Assembly: GCF_009914755.1 (NCBI RefSeq)
Contig: NC_060934.1
Length of the DNA stretch: 64,000 nt
Origin: the human T2T-CHM13v2.0 reference genome, Homo sapiens
Direction: 5' to 3' (one strand)
Every line of letters begins with the position of its first letter. The first letter of the stretch is position 1. A program made the translations under genes and the position numbers. The notes below the pieces were generated by a model, which was given only the letters and a program-made list of their open reading frames with translations, made no database searches and was not told where the DNA came from. Below are positions 1-14,964 of this stretch, in pieces.

Positions 1-1844
1 CTAGGTGTATCAGGAACTGAACAGGATAGAATAAAATTAATACGACATGCATCTCTTGAGTGTCTACTCTGTATCAAGAACCATGCTAACTCAAAAGCAC
101 AGTGGTGAGCATATTACACGCGGATTCTGCCCCTGCTGCTGCAAACTCACCAAAGAACATGCTGGACACACAGCTCAGAAAAGGGCCAGGGGCCAGGCTG
201 CAGTGCATTCTGCCAGGGCTCTGGAAAGCAGGGGCCATGCTGACTGAGGATGTGAGGGAATGCTTCCCGGTGGCAGTAGCATTTGAGGTCTTGCAGGATA
301 GAGGATGACCATTCCAGGGAGGGGCACTGAGCACAGCATGGACATACAAAGCTGGTGACACCAGGTCAGAGGAAACAGACACACTCAGCTTCCCATGAGT
401 GCATGAAAGATCCAGGCTGGAGCCTTCTCTGGGAGGAAGTTGGTCTGGGGTGGGGCCGAGGGGGCCGAGTCTCCCATACCTGAGGGAAGAGACGGTTAGA
501 CGTTGCACGTGTGTATTCTCATCCCTCCGTCTCCTCTCTCACGAAGGCATTTTCTTGAGTGCTTCCTCTCATGAACACTCTTCAGTGGGCCCACTGCACA
601 CCATTCCTCTGCCTCCTTTTTCTCCACCTACTAGCAAGGCTAAGCTCCCAGCCTGCCCTAGCCTGGACACCTGCTGGCAAAAATCTGCAGCTCCACTGAC
701 TGGCCTCAACCTGAAATCAGGACCTCAAAGGACAATCAACCATGCAGCCAACTCACCTGCCCTGCTTTTGTGTATTTCCTCTCCCACTCTCCAACGTGAT
801 TCTTCCACACCATCTTCTCCCCCTCTATCTTCTCAAACTCTTCATTTGGCATCCCCCTACCAAACTCCCAGCCAGGACCTTATTCTTATGTCACTGAGCA
901 AAACCATTAGATGGGGACCGAGCATCTTCCCACCACCACCTCAGCCCGTCACCTGCATCTGTCTCTACTTTCATGTCCTGGAGGAGGAAGAGCCTTGCTC
1001 CCATCAGAGGGAGCTCCTCCTCCTGGGTGGGGGGAACTTCTTTTGCCTTTCCGGGACTTTGCATCTGCAATTGTGCCCCTGTCTCTGGCATCGCTAATCA
1101 TCCCCATTGGATAATGGCCTGTAGCATGCATGAAGATGTCTTAAGGAGACTGTCCTCTGGGGCCCCTCATCTCTATCCAGCGATGACTACGCTTCTTTTC
1201 CGGGCCAACCAAGGCCCCTGCTGGGTGAGGTGTGTGTTCATGTGTTGGTCCCCAATGTCCCTTGATTGAAGAGTGATGTCTATTTTTTCTGCTGGCGCGC
1301 TGGCCAGGTGGCTGCCTCTAGCTCCCCTGGCTCCCCTGCTGTGATAAAAATCTCCCCAATCCCAGGCTTTTGTGTCCTGCAGCAAAACAGCCTTGCCTTG
1401 CTCCTCTCCTAGTGGATCCCAATCAGGCTTTATATTTTAGCTAAAGACTCACTTCCTCAGCGCACCTGTTCCCCTGGCCACCGACGCCAACTGTCCCTCC
1501 CATTAGAGGCTTCCCCTGCGTCTCTGTAGACCTGGCACCGTGAGAGTGTCAGATTTGAGTGGTGTGTTTTTTGATATGAGAATGTTGGCTGAAAGTTAGA
1601 AGACTTGCTCATGAGCCCCTTGCTCCTCTGCGCAGGAGCCTGAAGCCAGCCCCAGTGGCTTTGTCCTGACCGTATGCCGCTGCCCTGAGGACCACACTCT
1701 CTCCTGGCTGGCAGCCCCGCTCCAAAGCTGCCTGAGCACTTCCAGCTGGAACTTGGGGTGGGTGGACATCCCTTTCATGAATTGTCAGTTTACCGTTGAA
1801 GAATGGGAGGAGGGAGAATTGAAAGGAAAGGAGAGAGGGAGGAG

Positions 1845-2079
1845 TGCCTTGTGAAGATGGAGGCGGAGTTGGCACCTCACTGCTGCAGCTGAGGTGTACC
1901 AAAGTGTCACCAGAAGCTGGGACAAAGCCAGGGATGGCTCCTCCTTCAGAGCTTCAGAGGAGCCCACCTTACCAACACCTGGACTCCTGGTCTCCAGAGC
2001 TGCAGGAGAACACACTTCTACTGCTTGGAGCCCCCTGCATTGTGAGAAGTTGTTACTGCAGCCCCAGGAAACGGATACA
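1845..2079 (+). mobile_element. MaLR LTR fragment (MLT1 family), 3' part
   Basis: GTGAAGATGGAGGC...CAGAAGCTGG...CTTCAGAGGAGC...CTCCAGAGCTG...TTGTTACTGCAGCCCCAGGAAACGGATACA resembles the recalled MLT1 3' end; start approximate. Confidence 0.75.
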
Positions 2080-3807
2080 ACAATCAAAAAACATCAGGGG
2101 ATTTGGTAACATGGATCTCATTGGCATAAAATAAATAGGCAGAAAATCTAATTCTTTAAATTTGATTGCATTTTGATCCATTTTACTATCCACTAATTGA
2201 ATAAATACCTGAAAACTATTTTGTTTTTAAAAATGGAGGTGACAGGAGCCTGCAGTGCAGGTTAGAGGACACACAGAGGGAGGTGACCCCCAGGACCCAG
2301 CTGACCCCATAGGATAGAATATTCCAAGTGTTGCAGCCTCCGTACAGACTAGGGGTCACAGCGCTGCTGTTCTGCAAATTTATCTCTGAATCATTTTCAC
2401 AAACTCTGTTTTGGGTTAAAGACAGAAATCTACCAAACAGCACACAGATTAACCTATCACTGAGTTAAATGGGTTGTCAGTGTGGGGAGCCTGGGCTCGG
2501 CCCAGTGAATTCAAATGCATGTAAATTTCCCTGGTGGCAGAAGAGAGGATGGTGGGGCTGTCAGCCGGTGACATGTGGAAATACATTAACAGTGTTTAAA
2601 ATACATTTGAAGGGGCCGGCTCATATTCTGATAACACGCTCCCTGACAAATGATTTGTGGAAGATGGGAAATTCCAGTCTCATCATCAATTCCAGAGGAA
2701 TCTTTGTAATAAGCCCCTCCCAGGACGTCGGGTGTTTTAGACAAGTTCTAAAACAATTAACAATGCCTGCCTGGGCCAAAGCAGGTCCCCTGTGCCACTG
2801 AGGGATGGAGCCAGCATTCTGATAGCATTGCTTGTCAGCGTCACTCCCGCTTACAAAAAAAGTGATTAAAAACTTCAAAAGAACCAGTTTCATTGTGTTA
2901 TACACCTGTAGAGTGGCTACCCCACACGGAAGGCACTGGATCCTCTCAATTCTGCATCTCACTTGGCTCGGTGGTTTTAGTCTTGCATATTTGGTAGGAA
3001 GCTGGATGTTCCTGACTTAACGTAATTACTCTCAATGTTTAAGGAAAAGAGAGCTACTGAGAGCCGCACTGTGTCTGTTTAAAGAACGGACCTGTCCCTT
3101 TGGGGTGTGAGTTAGTTTTCATAACTGCAGGGCTTGCTGGATGTCTCCCCAGTTTTCAAGTGAGGCCCCAAAGTAAGTGACTCTTGAATGGTAAATGTGG
3201 GCTCTCTATACCCCCAGCTTCCCAGGATAAATAGAGCAAGTTCTTCTATAAAGACAAGTCACAATCTGCTGTCATCTCCTGGGTCCCTTCTTGCTCTCCT
3301 AGCCACGCAGAGTCCTGGAGTCCTAATTGCATCTCAATTCCAATCTCTCCAGGTCTCCTTTACATGGCAGGCTACCTTGAAAATTGGTGCTCAAGAGCCA
3401 GCGTCTCCTGGCAGTGCCAGAGATACAGTGGAGCTGGACCCTTTCTTGAGCTAGAAATAAAGTCATTGATATCCACGACCTAAACTGGAACTGTGATCCC
3501 TTTCTTGATATATTCCTTTTAAATCATACATATTAATATCTGAATTGATGTGACAGAATAATGAACTAGGTCTTGGTCCTGAGCTCACTGAGGACACACA
3601 CACACAATTTGAAAACTACAGGACAAGGGCTGCAATGACAGATCTTACAGGAAGCTTTGCAAGCACAGTGGTCTGGCACCTAACTCAGAATAGGGCTGAG
3701 AGCCAGATGTGGGCAGGCTACCCAAGGGAGGCCGGGAGTTGGCGAGGTGCAGATGGGCAGGGAAGAATGATCATGGCTGGGCCCCCCATATGTAAAGGTA
3801 TGAGAAT

Positions 3808-3893
3808 TGAGCATTCATTATGCACCTACTCTGTGCTGTGTCCTGGAACTCAGTTTGGGGATTTGGAAAGAAAAGACTAACCTCCTTCAAGGA
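3808..3893 (-). mobile_element. L2 3'-end fragment
   Basis: CATTCATTATGCACCTACTCTGTGCTGTGTCCTGG resembles the reverse-complemented L2 tail; very degraded. Confidence 0.4.
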
Positions 3894-4003
3894 GGCTATT
3901 GGAAGAAATGACCTTGACTGATCTGTGAATCACAGATCACTGTCAGTACCCGAGTAAAACCTGCATCTCCAGAAACAGGTCTGCGATGGCCATTTCTCTC
4001 CAG

Positions 4004-4220
4004 CAGGATTTCTCAGCCTCGGCGTTATTGACAGTTGGGCTGGAGAGTCCTTCCCTGTGGCGAGCTGTCCTGTGTGTTATAGTTTCACCACATCCCTGGC
4101 CTCTACACATGATATGCCAGGGGCACCACTCAACCTCAAGTTGTGACAACCAAAACTGTCTGCAGTCATTGCCAAATATACCATCAGAGGCGCCATGATT
4201 TCTACTTGGCAATAACTACT
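4004..4220 (-). mobile_element. MER20 (hAT-Charlie non-autonomous DNA transposon)
   Basis: CAGGATTTCTCAGCCTCGGC...CATCCCTGGCCTCTAC...AGTTGTGACAACCAAAACTGTCTGCAGTCATTGCCAAAT is collinear with the reverse complement of the recalled MER20 consensus; ~217 bp. Confidence 0.85.
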
Positions 4221-4734
4221 CTACAGCCAAAGGGAGAGCAAGAAAGCTCTGTCTTGCTTTATTCATCACTAAATGTGGAATCGGGTAGGCTATGACTAGG
4301 AGGCCTATGTTCAAAGGGCTCAGACAGGTGGGAGGGTGTTATTTTTTCAGACAACAGTCCAGCATTGTTCGGTGGCCCAAAGTGGGCAGACAGGGCCACT
4401 CCTGAGCTGTGCAGAGACTGGAAGTCTCCGTCTTGTGACTTGCTCCCAAGGTGTTGCTCCTGACTGAGGGTGTAACCTGGCCCATGTGGGCCTTGGAGAG
4501 GAAGCAAAGAACAAGGTGGGGAAGCAATGTTATCACTGAAATCCACCAGGAAGCTGCCCATAGGGGTTCTGTTTACTTGTCCACAGTCACGTCACCCTTC
4601 CTCGGTGCAAGCCGAGGAGCGAAGTTAACCCACCGCTGGGTGGCCACGCCCCTGGTGACAATGCAGGGGGAAGGTGGCAGTTACTAAAAGGAGGAGGGCA
4701 GTGGGACACCGGGGAAGTGACAAGTCTCTGCTAC

Positions 4735-5627
4735 ACCCAACAGACGCCCAAGCGGAGCCTGCTGGGCATGGACACGGACTCAGGCACTGGGGACAGGCAG
4801 CAGGTCAGACAGGTAGTCCCTGTCCCAACAGCACGTATACTGCACTGAGGTGGAGAGAGACTGACAGTTACAAAAAGAAATGAATGTAAGTTTTGATAAG
4901 TACCTTGAAGGAGACAAATCAGGGCACTGAGGGAGAGAGAATAAAAGTGCGGGGACTGACTTTAGACTGGTGGGTGGAGAGGGCGTCATGTAAGATGTGA
5001 CAACTGAGGTGAATCTTGTGTGACCAGAGGGAGCCAGCCATGGGCAGCAAGGTTGTGTGTGTGGTGTGTGTGTGTGTGCGTGCGGTGTTGGTATGTGTGC
5101 TGCGTGTGCATGTGTGTGGGGTGTGTGGTGTGTGTGTGTGCATGTGGTGTAGGTATGTGTAGTGTGTGTGCACGATGTAGGTATGTGTAGCGTGTGTGTG
5201 GGGTGTGTGTGCACGTGTGTGTGCATGTGGTATAGATATCTGTAGTGTGTGCCTGTGTGTATCAGGGGCATGTGCATGTGTGTGTGGTGTGTGTGTACAT
5301 GCAGTGTAGGTATGTGTAGTTTATGTTCACATGTGTGGTGTGTGTGCACATGCATGTGCACGTGTCTGTAGGTATGTGTAGTGTGTGTGTGCACATGTAG
5401 TGTGTGTGCATGTGTGTGGTGTGTGTGCTTATGGTGTAAGTATGTGTCTTGTGTGCACACGTGTGTGTGTGCATGGTGTGTGTGCACATGTGCGTCTATG
5501 TCTGCGTGTAGGTACGTGTAGAGTGGTGCACGTGTGCGTGTGTGTGTGTGTGTCTACGTGTATGTAGTCAGGGAAGTGCATTCCAGGCAGAGAAGACATG
5601 CGCAAGCCATAAGGCAGAGAAACAGCC
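4735..5627 (-). mobile_element. L2 fragment split by a TG-rich repeat
   Basis: CAGGCACTGGGGAC...GATAAGTACCTTGAAGGAG...GATGTGACAACTGAG...GGAGCCAGCCATG, resuming after the TG tract with GGGAAGTGCATTCCAGGCAGAG. Confidence 0.6.
5053..5565. repeat. Degenerate (TG)n/(CA)n simple repeat, ~510 bp
   Basis: Directly visible TG tracts with recurring TAGGTATGTGTAG and TGCATG/TGCACG sub-motifs. Confidence 0.95.
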
Positions 5628-5654
5628 AACATAACCCCTCTGTCTCTGGTTCCA

Positions 5655-5745
5655 TGCTGCAGTGAGCCATGATTGCGCCACTGTACTCTAGCCTGAGTGA
5701 CAGAGGCAAGACCGTGTCTCAAAACAAAACCAAGCCAAACAAAAC
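5655..5745 (+). mobile_element. 5'-truncated Alu (end of right arm plus A-rich tail)
   Basis: TGCAGTGAGCCATGATTGCGCCACTGTACTCTAGCCTGAGTGACAGAGGCAAGACCGTGTCTCAAAACAAAAC. Confidence 0.9.
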
Positions 5746-6602
5746 ATTAGAATCAGTTTATCAGATTCCACAGAACATTATACTAGAATTTTACTAGGAG
5801 CATGGTATATTTTGTGCTATTTTTATGTCTTCTAATAAATTTTATTGTTTTCTTTATCAAGGTTCATTTTTCTTTGTCTGCCAGTTTTGTCTCATTTTCT
5901 CTAAGCTTTTTCACCTTGAGTTTTTCTAAACTACAGAAAAGTTGAAAGATTGGTACAATGAGTCTTCACATAGTCTCCACCAAAATTTATAAATTATTAA
6001 TATCTTATCACTTTTATGTTTTATGAACAATTAGAGAGTAAGTTGCAGAAGTCGTGACACCTCACCCCCACATGATTTACATTTCCAATGAAAGGAAAGA
6101 AACCACTCTTCTGCATAACCACAGTATTGTCATTATAAACAAGACATTGAATCGGATTAAAGTTCTCTGTTGTTCAAAATATGTCTTCAATAGCTGTTTT
6201 CCTCCATCTTGTATCCAATAAATGATTATTCATTGGGTTTTGGTTGACATATCAATCAACCCATTTTAAACTGCAACATTCTCATGACTTTTTTTCTTTT
6301 ATTATTCATGGCACTAATATTTCCAGGCATCTAGGATCCAGGCCAGTTCTGTTGCAGAATGTCCCATAATTTGATTGTTTCCTTGTCATTTGACTATGCT
6401 TTGTTGACAAGAATACTTCCTACTATACTGTAGGTGAGGTTGGGCTCAGGCTACTGCTTTGTAGCAAAAGACACAAACTGTCAGGTTGTCCCATGATTGG
6501 TGATACTAAGTTTGGTCACTTAGTTGCTTACAATGGTGTTCACCACATCCCTCCCCTGTAAAGGCATTTTGCCCCCTTTTTAATTAAGAATGAATCTGTT
6601 GA
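5746..6602 (-). mobile_element. Old L1M (L1MC-like) 3' fragments
   Basis: CTACAGAAAAGTTGAAAGATTGGTACA, GAGAGTAAGTTGCAGA, CATAACCACAGTA and CAGAATGTCCC motifs are typical of antisense L1MC 3' UTR. Confidence 0.6.
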
Positions 6603-7928
6603 GGGTGCGAGGCCAGGATGGCTGACTAGAAGCAGCGGTGATGGGAGGCCCCCATCGAAAAGAACCATAACAGCGTGCCAATCCTGCACCAGCAACCAAG
6701 GTATCCAAGTTCTGTCATCAGAACTGACTAGGTGGCTGGCATGACCCACGGAGAGGAAGAAAGAGTGGCGTGGTGCAGCAGCCCACCTGACAGCCACATG
6801 AAGCAGGGGAGCCCCCACCCCCCAGCTAAGGGAGGCAGTGAGTGAGCATGCTACCTACCTGGAAAAACATGCTTTTTCTATGGAACTGTGCAACCCACAG
6901 ATTGGAAGATCCCACTCGTGAGCCCACATCACCAGAGCCTAGGGTCCTAACTACGGAGCCTTGCAGAGTCTCAACAGCCACTAAGCTAGAATCTGCTTAA
7001 GCCTGTTGAGCTCCCGGAGGGAGGGGTGACCAGCACCACAGCTGCGGCTGCCTGCTGTCTAAGCAGTTTGAGCTCCTTGGGAGAAAGGCAACAGCCAACA
7101 CTAGGACGGATAGCCACCTAACACACTAAGCTCCCAGGGCGGGGGAAGGGCGGGAGCCATCTCTATAGCTCCAGGCCGTGTTTTCCTCTGCTGGAGGGAG
7201 GGAGGCTGGAAGGCTTAGTGCCAATAGGTATCCCCCACAGCCCAACACACTGGCTGTGGCAGACTGCAGACAGAGTGCCTCTTCAGGCTTGACCTTGACC
7301 CACCCTTCGTTACTGGGTGGGGCCTCCATGTAGGAACTCCGACAACTCCAGCCAGGGGCTCAGGGAGAGGACTTTGATCTCCCTGGGCCTCAGCCTCTAG
7401 GGGGAGGGGTGGCCGCAGACTCTATAGACCAGCAGACTTAGTCTTTCCTCCTGCTAGTTCTGAGGAATCCGGGAAGTCCAGATGAGTGGGTTTCCCCCCA
7501 GCAAAGCACAACCCCTCCACCATGGGACAGTCAAAGTGCTTCATTAAATGGGTCCTGTTCCCCATGCCACCCAATTGGGGGAGACCCTCCAACAGGGGTT
7601 ATCAGACGCCCTATATGGGAGCGTTCCTACTGGCATCAGGCTGGCACTCCTTGAGGTCAGAGATCCCAGAGGAAGGAGCAGGCACCCTTCTTTGCTGTTC
7701 TCCAGCCTCCTCAAGTGACATCTCCAGGTGTGAGAGTGAACCCAATGAATAGGGCCTGAAGTGAACCCCCAGCAAACTGCAGCAGCCCTACAGAAGAGGG
7801 ACCTGACCATTGCAAGACAACAAACAAACAGAAAGCAACAACAACAGTATCAACAAAAAAAAGTCCCCACAAAAACCCCATCTGAGAGTCAGCCGGCTCA
7901 AAGATTGATACTAGACAAACTCAAGAAG

Positions 7929-8956
7929 ATAAGAAAGAATCAGCAAAAAAAATGCTGAAAACCCAAAGGGCCAGAGTGCCTCTTCTCCTCCAAATGATTG
8001 CAGTGCCTCTCCAGCAAGAGTGCAGAACTGGATGGGGTATGACATGGACAGAATTGACAGAAGTAGGCTTCAGAAGGTGGATAATAACAAACTTCACTGA
8101 GCTAAAAGAGCATGTCCTAACCCAATGCAAAGAAGCTAAGAACCTTGAAAAAAGGTTAGAGGAGCTGCTAACAAGAATAATCAGTTTAGAGAGGAACATA
8201 AGAGACCTGATGGAGCTGAAAAACATAGCACAAGAACTTCGTGATGCATACACAAGTATTGATAGCCAAATAGATGAAGCAGAAGAAAGGATATCAGAGT
8301 TTGAAGACCTTCTTGCTGAAATAAGGCATGCAGACAAGATTAGAGAAAAAAGAATGAAAAGGAATGAATGAAACCTCTGAGAAATATGGGACTATGTAAA
8401 AAGACCGAACCTATGACTGATTGGAGTACCTGAAAGTGACGGGCAGAATAGAACCAAGGTGGAAAATGTGCTTCAGGTTACTACCCAGGAGAACTTCCCC
8501 AACCTAGCAAGACAGGCCAACATTCAAATTCAGGAAATACAGAGAACACCACTAAGATACTTTACGAGAAGATCAACCCCAAGACACATAATCATCAGAT
8601 TCTCCAAGGTTGAAATGAAGGGAAAAATGTTAAGGGCAGCCAGAGAGAAAGGCCAGGTCACCTACAAAGGGAACCCCATCAGACTAACTGTGGACCTCTT
8701 AGCAGAAACCCTACAAGGCAGAAGAGAGTGGGGGCCAATATTCAACATTCTTAAAGAAAAGAATTTTCAACTCAGAATTTCATATCCAGCCAAACTAAGA
8801 TTCATAAGTGAAGGAGAAATAAAATCCTTTCCAGACAAGCAAATGCTGAGGTACTTTGTCACCACCGGGCCAGCCTTATAAGAGCTCCTGAAGGAAACAC
8901 TAAACATGGAAAGGAACAACCGGTACCAGCCACTGCAAAAACACACCAAAATATAA
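7929..8956 (+). pseudogene. Disrupted L1 ORF1p (RNA-binding protein)
   Basis: Start codon position reads ATA (7929); fragments 7952-8371 and 8459-8881 match the ORF1p coiled-coil, RRM and CTD; in-frame stops at about 8369 and 8879. Confidence 0.9.
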
Positions 8957-9016
8957 AGACCAATGACACTATGAAGAAACTGCATTAACTAGTGTGCAAA
9001 ATAACCAGATAGCATC

Positions 9017-9266
9017 ATGATGACAGTATCAAATTCACACATAACAATACTAACCTTAAATGTAAATGAGCTACATGCCCCAATTAAAAGACACAGACTG
9101 GCAAATTGGATAAAGAGTCAAGACATATTGGTGTGTTGTATTCAGGAGACCCATCTCACGTGCAAAGACACACATAGGCTCAAAGTAAAGGGCTGGAAGA
9201 AAATGTACCAAGCATATGGAAAGCAAAAAAAAAAAAAAAAAAAAAAAAAGCAGGCATTGCAATCCT
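9017..9266 (+). pseudogene. N-terminal fragment of L1 ORF2p endonuclease domain
   Basis: SNSHITILTLNVN...IKRHRLANWIKSQD..VCCIQETHLTCKDTHRLKVKGWKK; frameshifted by an A25 tract (9225-9249), homology ends at GCAATCCT. Confidence 0.92.
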
Positions 9267-9321
9267 CCAGAAATAGACATGGAGTCCCTTGCATTTGGTG
9301 CTCAATTATAAGACAGTTAGA

Positions 9322-9406
9322 AATAGATAAATTGATAGATAGATAGATAATAAACAGATAAATAGATGATAGAAAGATAGATAAATAGATAGATAGACAG
9401 ATAGAT
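9322..9406. repeat. Imperfect (GATA)n microsatellite
   Basis: GATAGATAGATAGATAATAAACAGATAAATAGATGATAG... Confidence 0.9.
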
Positions 9407-9599
9407 TCTATAATGTCAACAAAGATTGACTGAGGAACGATGAGCTGAGCTATGTCCAGAACTCACACATATCTGGGTGACTGTAGTGTTCCAAGGATCC
9501 ACATGAGAGAGTCCTCACTGAACGTTCGGAGTACTCAAAGAAGACCCCAGAAGGGCCACACTTGGCAGCAGAGATAAACTAGAACAGACTCTACAACCA

Positions 9600-10600
9600 C
9601 TCTAATAAAGTTTAAAAACAAATCTTATAATAATCAAATGGATCCTTAAGTAACCTAACTTCTTGCAAGAAAAATGCCCAATAGTCTTTGAAAGAAGACA
9701 ATAAAATTCAACATACAACAACATGAAATTTACAGTGTCCATCTTCAAGTTAAAAATTATGAGATACGTGAAGAGACAGAAAATGTGAGAGAAATCAGAA
9801 TATAAGAATAGACCTAATAAGCAGACAAAAATTTTACAAAACCTGTTATAAAAATATTCAATATACACAAAATTAGGAAAGAAAAGAAATACTAATGCCA
9901 CTTTTAGAGATGAAAACTACAGTATCTGAATTTAAAAATTTACTGAATGGGATTGGCAGCAGATGAACCTTGAATACATAGCAATAAAAAACTGCAATAT
10001 TAGCACAGAGGTAAAAAATGACTTGGAGAAAAGTAAATAGAGGTACAGTGATATGTGATATGATACCAAGTGGTCTAACATGCTTAGAATAGGTGATCGC
10101 GAAGGTTAAAACAAAGGGAGACAGAAAAATACTAAAACTTTCAAATTTTACAGAGTATAAATTCATAGGTTTAAGAAGCTCAATAAACCCAGAGCAGAAT
10201 CAACATTAAAAAATACTAAGGGCATTGTAATTATTGATTAACACCAGTGATATATAAAGAAATATGTAAATATGCCTTGTTATTTTAAAAAAGCACATTA
10301 TGTACAAAGGAACAAGGTAATCATAACCTCAGTTGTCTCACATGTAAGCCAGAAGACGATAAACTAAAATCTTTAGAAATGTAAACCTAGAGATACATAA
10401 ACAGCAAAAATACGTCTTTCAAAAATGAAGATAAAATAAAGACATTTCACAGGCCAGTGGAATCTAGGAGAAGCACTAACAGTCCTGCACTGAAAGAAAT
10501 GAGGAAGGAAATTCCACAGGCTGAAGAACTAAACCAGATATAAATATGGATGTACAAAAGTGATGAAAGTCGGAAAGGAAAATACATGTGTAAATGTAAA
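9600..10600 (+). mobile_element. Old L1M 5'/ORF1 region remnant
   Basis: A-rich; GAGATGAAAACTACAGTATCTGAA...GAATGGGATT, AAGAAGCTCAATAAACCC and AAAATAAAGACATTT are typical of L1M ORF1; boundaries approximate. Confidence 0.7.
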
Positions 10601-10604
10601 AGAT

Positions 10605-10690
10605 TTACTTTTATTTATTTTTTACTTATTTTTATTATTTTTTTATTATTTTATTATTATTTATTATTATTTTTTATTTATTTTTACTTA
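10605..10690. repeat. (TTA)n/T-rich low-complexity tract
   Basis: Directly visible. Confidence 0.85.
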
Positions 10691-10819
10691 CAAGATAATG
10701 GTTTAGAAAAGAAAAAAGACATAAAAGAACAACCAATACATGAAGCAACATGAATCTTAAAATAATTACACTGAGCCAAAAAAGTCTGCCATAAAAGAAT
10801 ACATACCATATGATATTTA

Positions 10820-12139
<1,320 letters not shown>

Positions 12140-12432
12140 TATACGAAAGCATTGAAAAGACAAATCTAATTTACAGCGGCAAAAAGCAGATTAATGGATA
12201 CCTGGGGCTGGGGTTTGGTAGATGGGGAATAGACTACACGGGTCAAGAAGTAAATTCAGGGGATGATGGAAATGTTTTATTATGTCTAGATTTTGATTGT
12301 GGAGATGTTTCTTTAGGTGTATATGTTTGCCAAAAGAGCATCATACTGTATAACTTAAAATGGGTATGTGTTATGTGTAAACTGTACTGCAAAAAAATCA
12401 ATTAAAATGATATTTAAAAAGACCATCACTAA

Positions 12433-12762
<330 letters not shown>

Positions 12763-12963
12763 TCATCCATAATTAAATAACTAAAAACAAAGTCACTATT
12801 TCAAATTAATGATAAAAACTAAAAGAATACAAAACAAAGCACTTTTAAATTTATGTGATAAACTCAAGTTATCATTTTTTTTTTGTTATTGGACTTGGTG
12901 TACTAATGTTAAATGTTTGGTGTAATTTGCCTGTGAAATCATCCAGTCAGATTTTTTTGTGGC

Positions 12964-13241
12964 TTTATTTTATTTTATTTTTTGAGACAGAGTTTCACTC
13001 TGTCGCCCAGGCTGGAGTGCAGTGGCATGATCTCAGCTCACTGCAACCTCCGCCTACTGGGTTCAAGCAATTCCCCTGCCTCAGCCCCCCAAGAAGCTGC
13101 GGGGCTTCTTGGCACCACCACCACACCTGGCTAATTTTTATATTTTTAGTAGAGACGGGGTTTCACCATGTTGGCCAGGCTGGTCTCAAACTCCTGACCT
13201 CAAGTGATCTGCCCACCTCGGCCTCCCAAAGTGCTGCGATT
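12964..13241 (-). mobile_element. AluS element lacking ~25 bp of its 5' end
   Basis: Alu homology stops at CCCAAAGTGCTGCGATT. Confidence 0.92.
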
Positions 13242-13397
13242 GAAATGTGTATCTGTGGAATCTTTCCCCTAACCCACAGTTAGGAAGATTTTTTTTCCCA
13301 TATGATCTTATAGAAGTTTTCCAGCTTTATGTTTTACATTTAAGCCTATGTTCCATTTTGAGGTAATTTTTGTATATGTGTAAGGTAAAGATCAAAG

Positions 13398-13719
13398 TTT
13401 ATTTATTTATTTATTTATTTGTTTATTTATTTATTTATTTATTTTGGAGACAGAGTCTCTGTCATGCAGGCTGGAGATGCAGTGGTGCAATCTTGACTTA
13501 CTGCAACCTCCACCTCCCGGGTTCAAACAATTCTCCTGCCTCAGCCTCCCAGCTAGCTACAGTTGCCCACGACCATGCCCAGCTAATTTTTGTATTTTTA
13601 GTAGAGATAGGGTTTCACCAGGTTGGCCAGGCTGATCTCAAACTCCTGGCCTCAGGTGATCCGCCTGCCTCAGCATCCCAAAGTGCTGGGATTACAGGTG
13701 TGAGCCACCATGCCAAGCC
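13398..13719 (-). mobile_element. AluS element with (TTTA)n tail
   Basis: Full dimer; near-identical flanks CAAAGTTT / CAAACTTT. Confidence 0.93.
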
Positions 13720-13849
13720 CAAACTTTATTTCTAATAATGGTATTTTGTACCTTCTCTTTTTGCCTAGATTAGTCTTGCCAGTGAGTAATGCATCTTATA
13801 AAATTTTTCAAAGAACCAATTTTTGGCTTTGTTTATCCTCTCTATTAAA

Positions 13850-13940
13850 TCTTCCTTCCTTCCTTCCTTCCTTCCTTCCTTCCTTCTTTCTTTTTGTCTC
13901 ACTCTGTCACCCAGGCTGGAGTGCAGTGGCACAATCTCAG
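13850..13940 (-). mobile_element. (CCTT)n tract plus Alu fragment
   Basis: CTTCCTTCC... followed by GTCTCACTCTGTCACCCAGGCTGGAGTGCAGTGGCACAATCTCAG. Confidence 0.85.
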
Positions 13941-14360
13941 ACCTATTTCTTTAATTTCTGCCCTTACCTTTATTATTTACTTCCTTATATTTTCTATGAG
14001 TTTAACTTGTGGGTCTTCAAAAAACTTTTTAGTTAAAAACTCAGATGGTTAATATGTAGGCTCACTTTTTTTCTAATGCATTAAGTTAAAGCTATGAATT
14101 TTCCTGTAGTCATAACCTTAGATGCATCCCATGCATTTTAATATGTAGATTTTAAATGATCTATTTAGCTTGAAATATTTTCTGATTTCCACTGTGATTT
14201 TTTTCATTGACATGATGCCGATTTAAAAGTATACTGCTTAACCTGCCAACCCTTGGGGTTTTCTCCAGCCACAGAAGAGTTTCTATGAATTTAATAAACT
14301 GAAGATTATTAAGATTTACATTATTACCCACCATATACTTAAATTTCAAATGTTTCTCTC

Positions 14361-14964
<604 letters not shown>

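Larger units (their letters stand above)
6603..9266 (+). mobile_element. L1PA element (L1PA8-era type 5'UTR): 5'UTR, ORF1 and start of ORF2; 3' part missing
   Basis: 5' end GGCCAGGATGGCTGACTAGAAGCAGC; ORF1 peptides NFTELKEHVLTQCKEAKNLEKR and ENFPNLARQANIQIQEIQRTP; ORF2 start MTVSNSHITILTLNVN. Confidence 0.95.

Noticed and set aside
399-1097. 232-aa ORF
   Set aside because: Non-ATG start, low-complexity Ser/Pro/Leu composition, no recognisable domain
4780-5487. His/Thr-rich 235-aa ORF
   Set aside because: Translation of the (CA)n simple repeat
9225-9249. A25 tract as the L1 poly(A) tail
   Set aside because: It lies at the internal A-rich KQKK codons of ORF2 and L1 homology continues after it, so it is a slippage expansion
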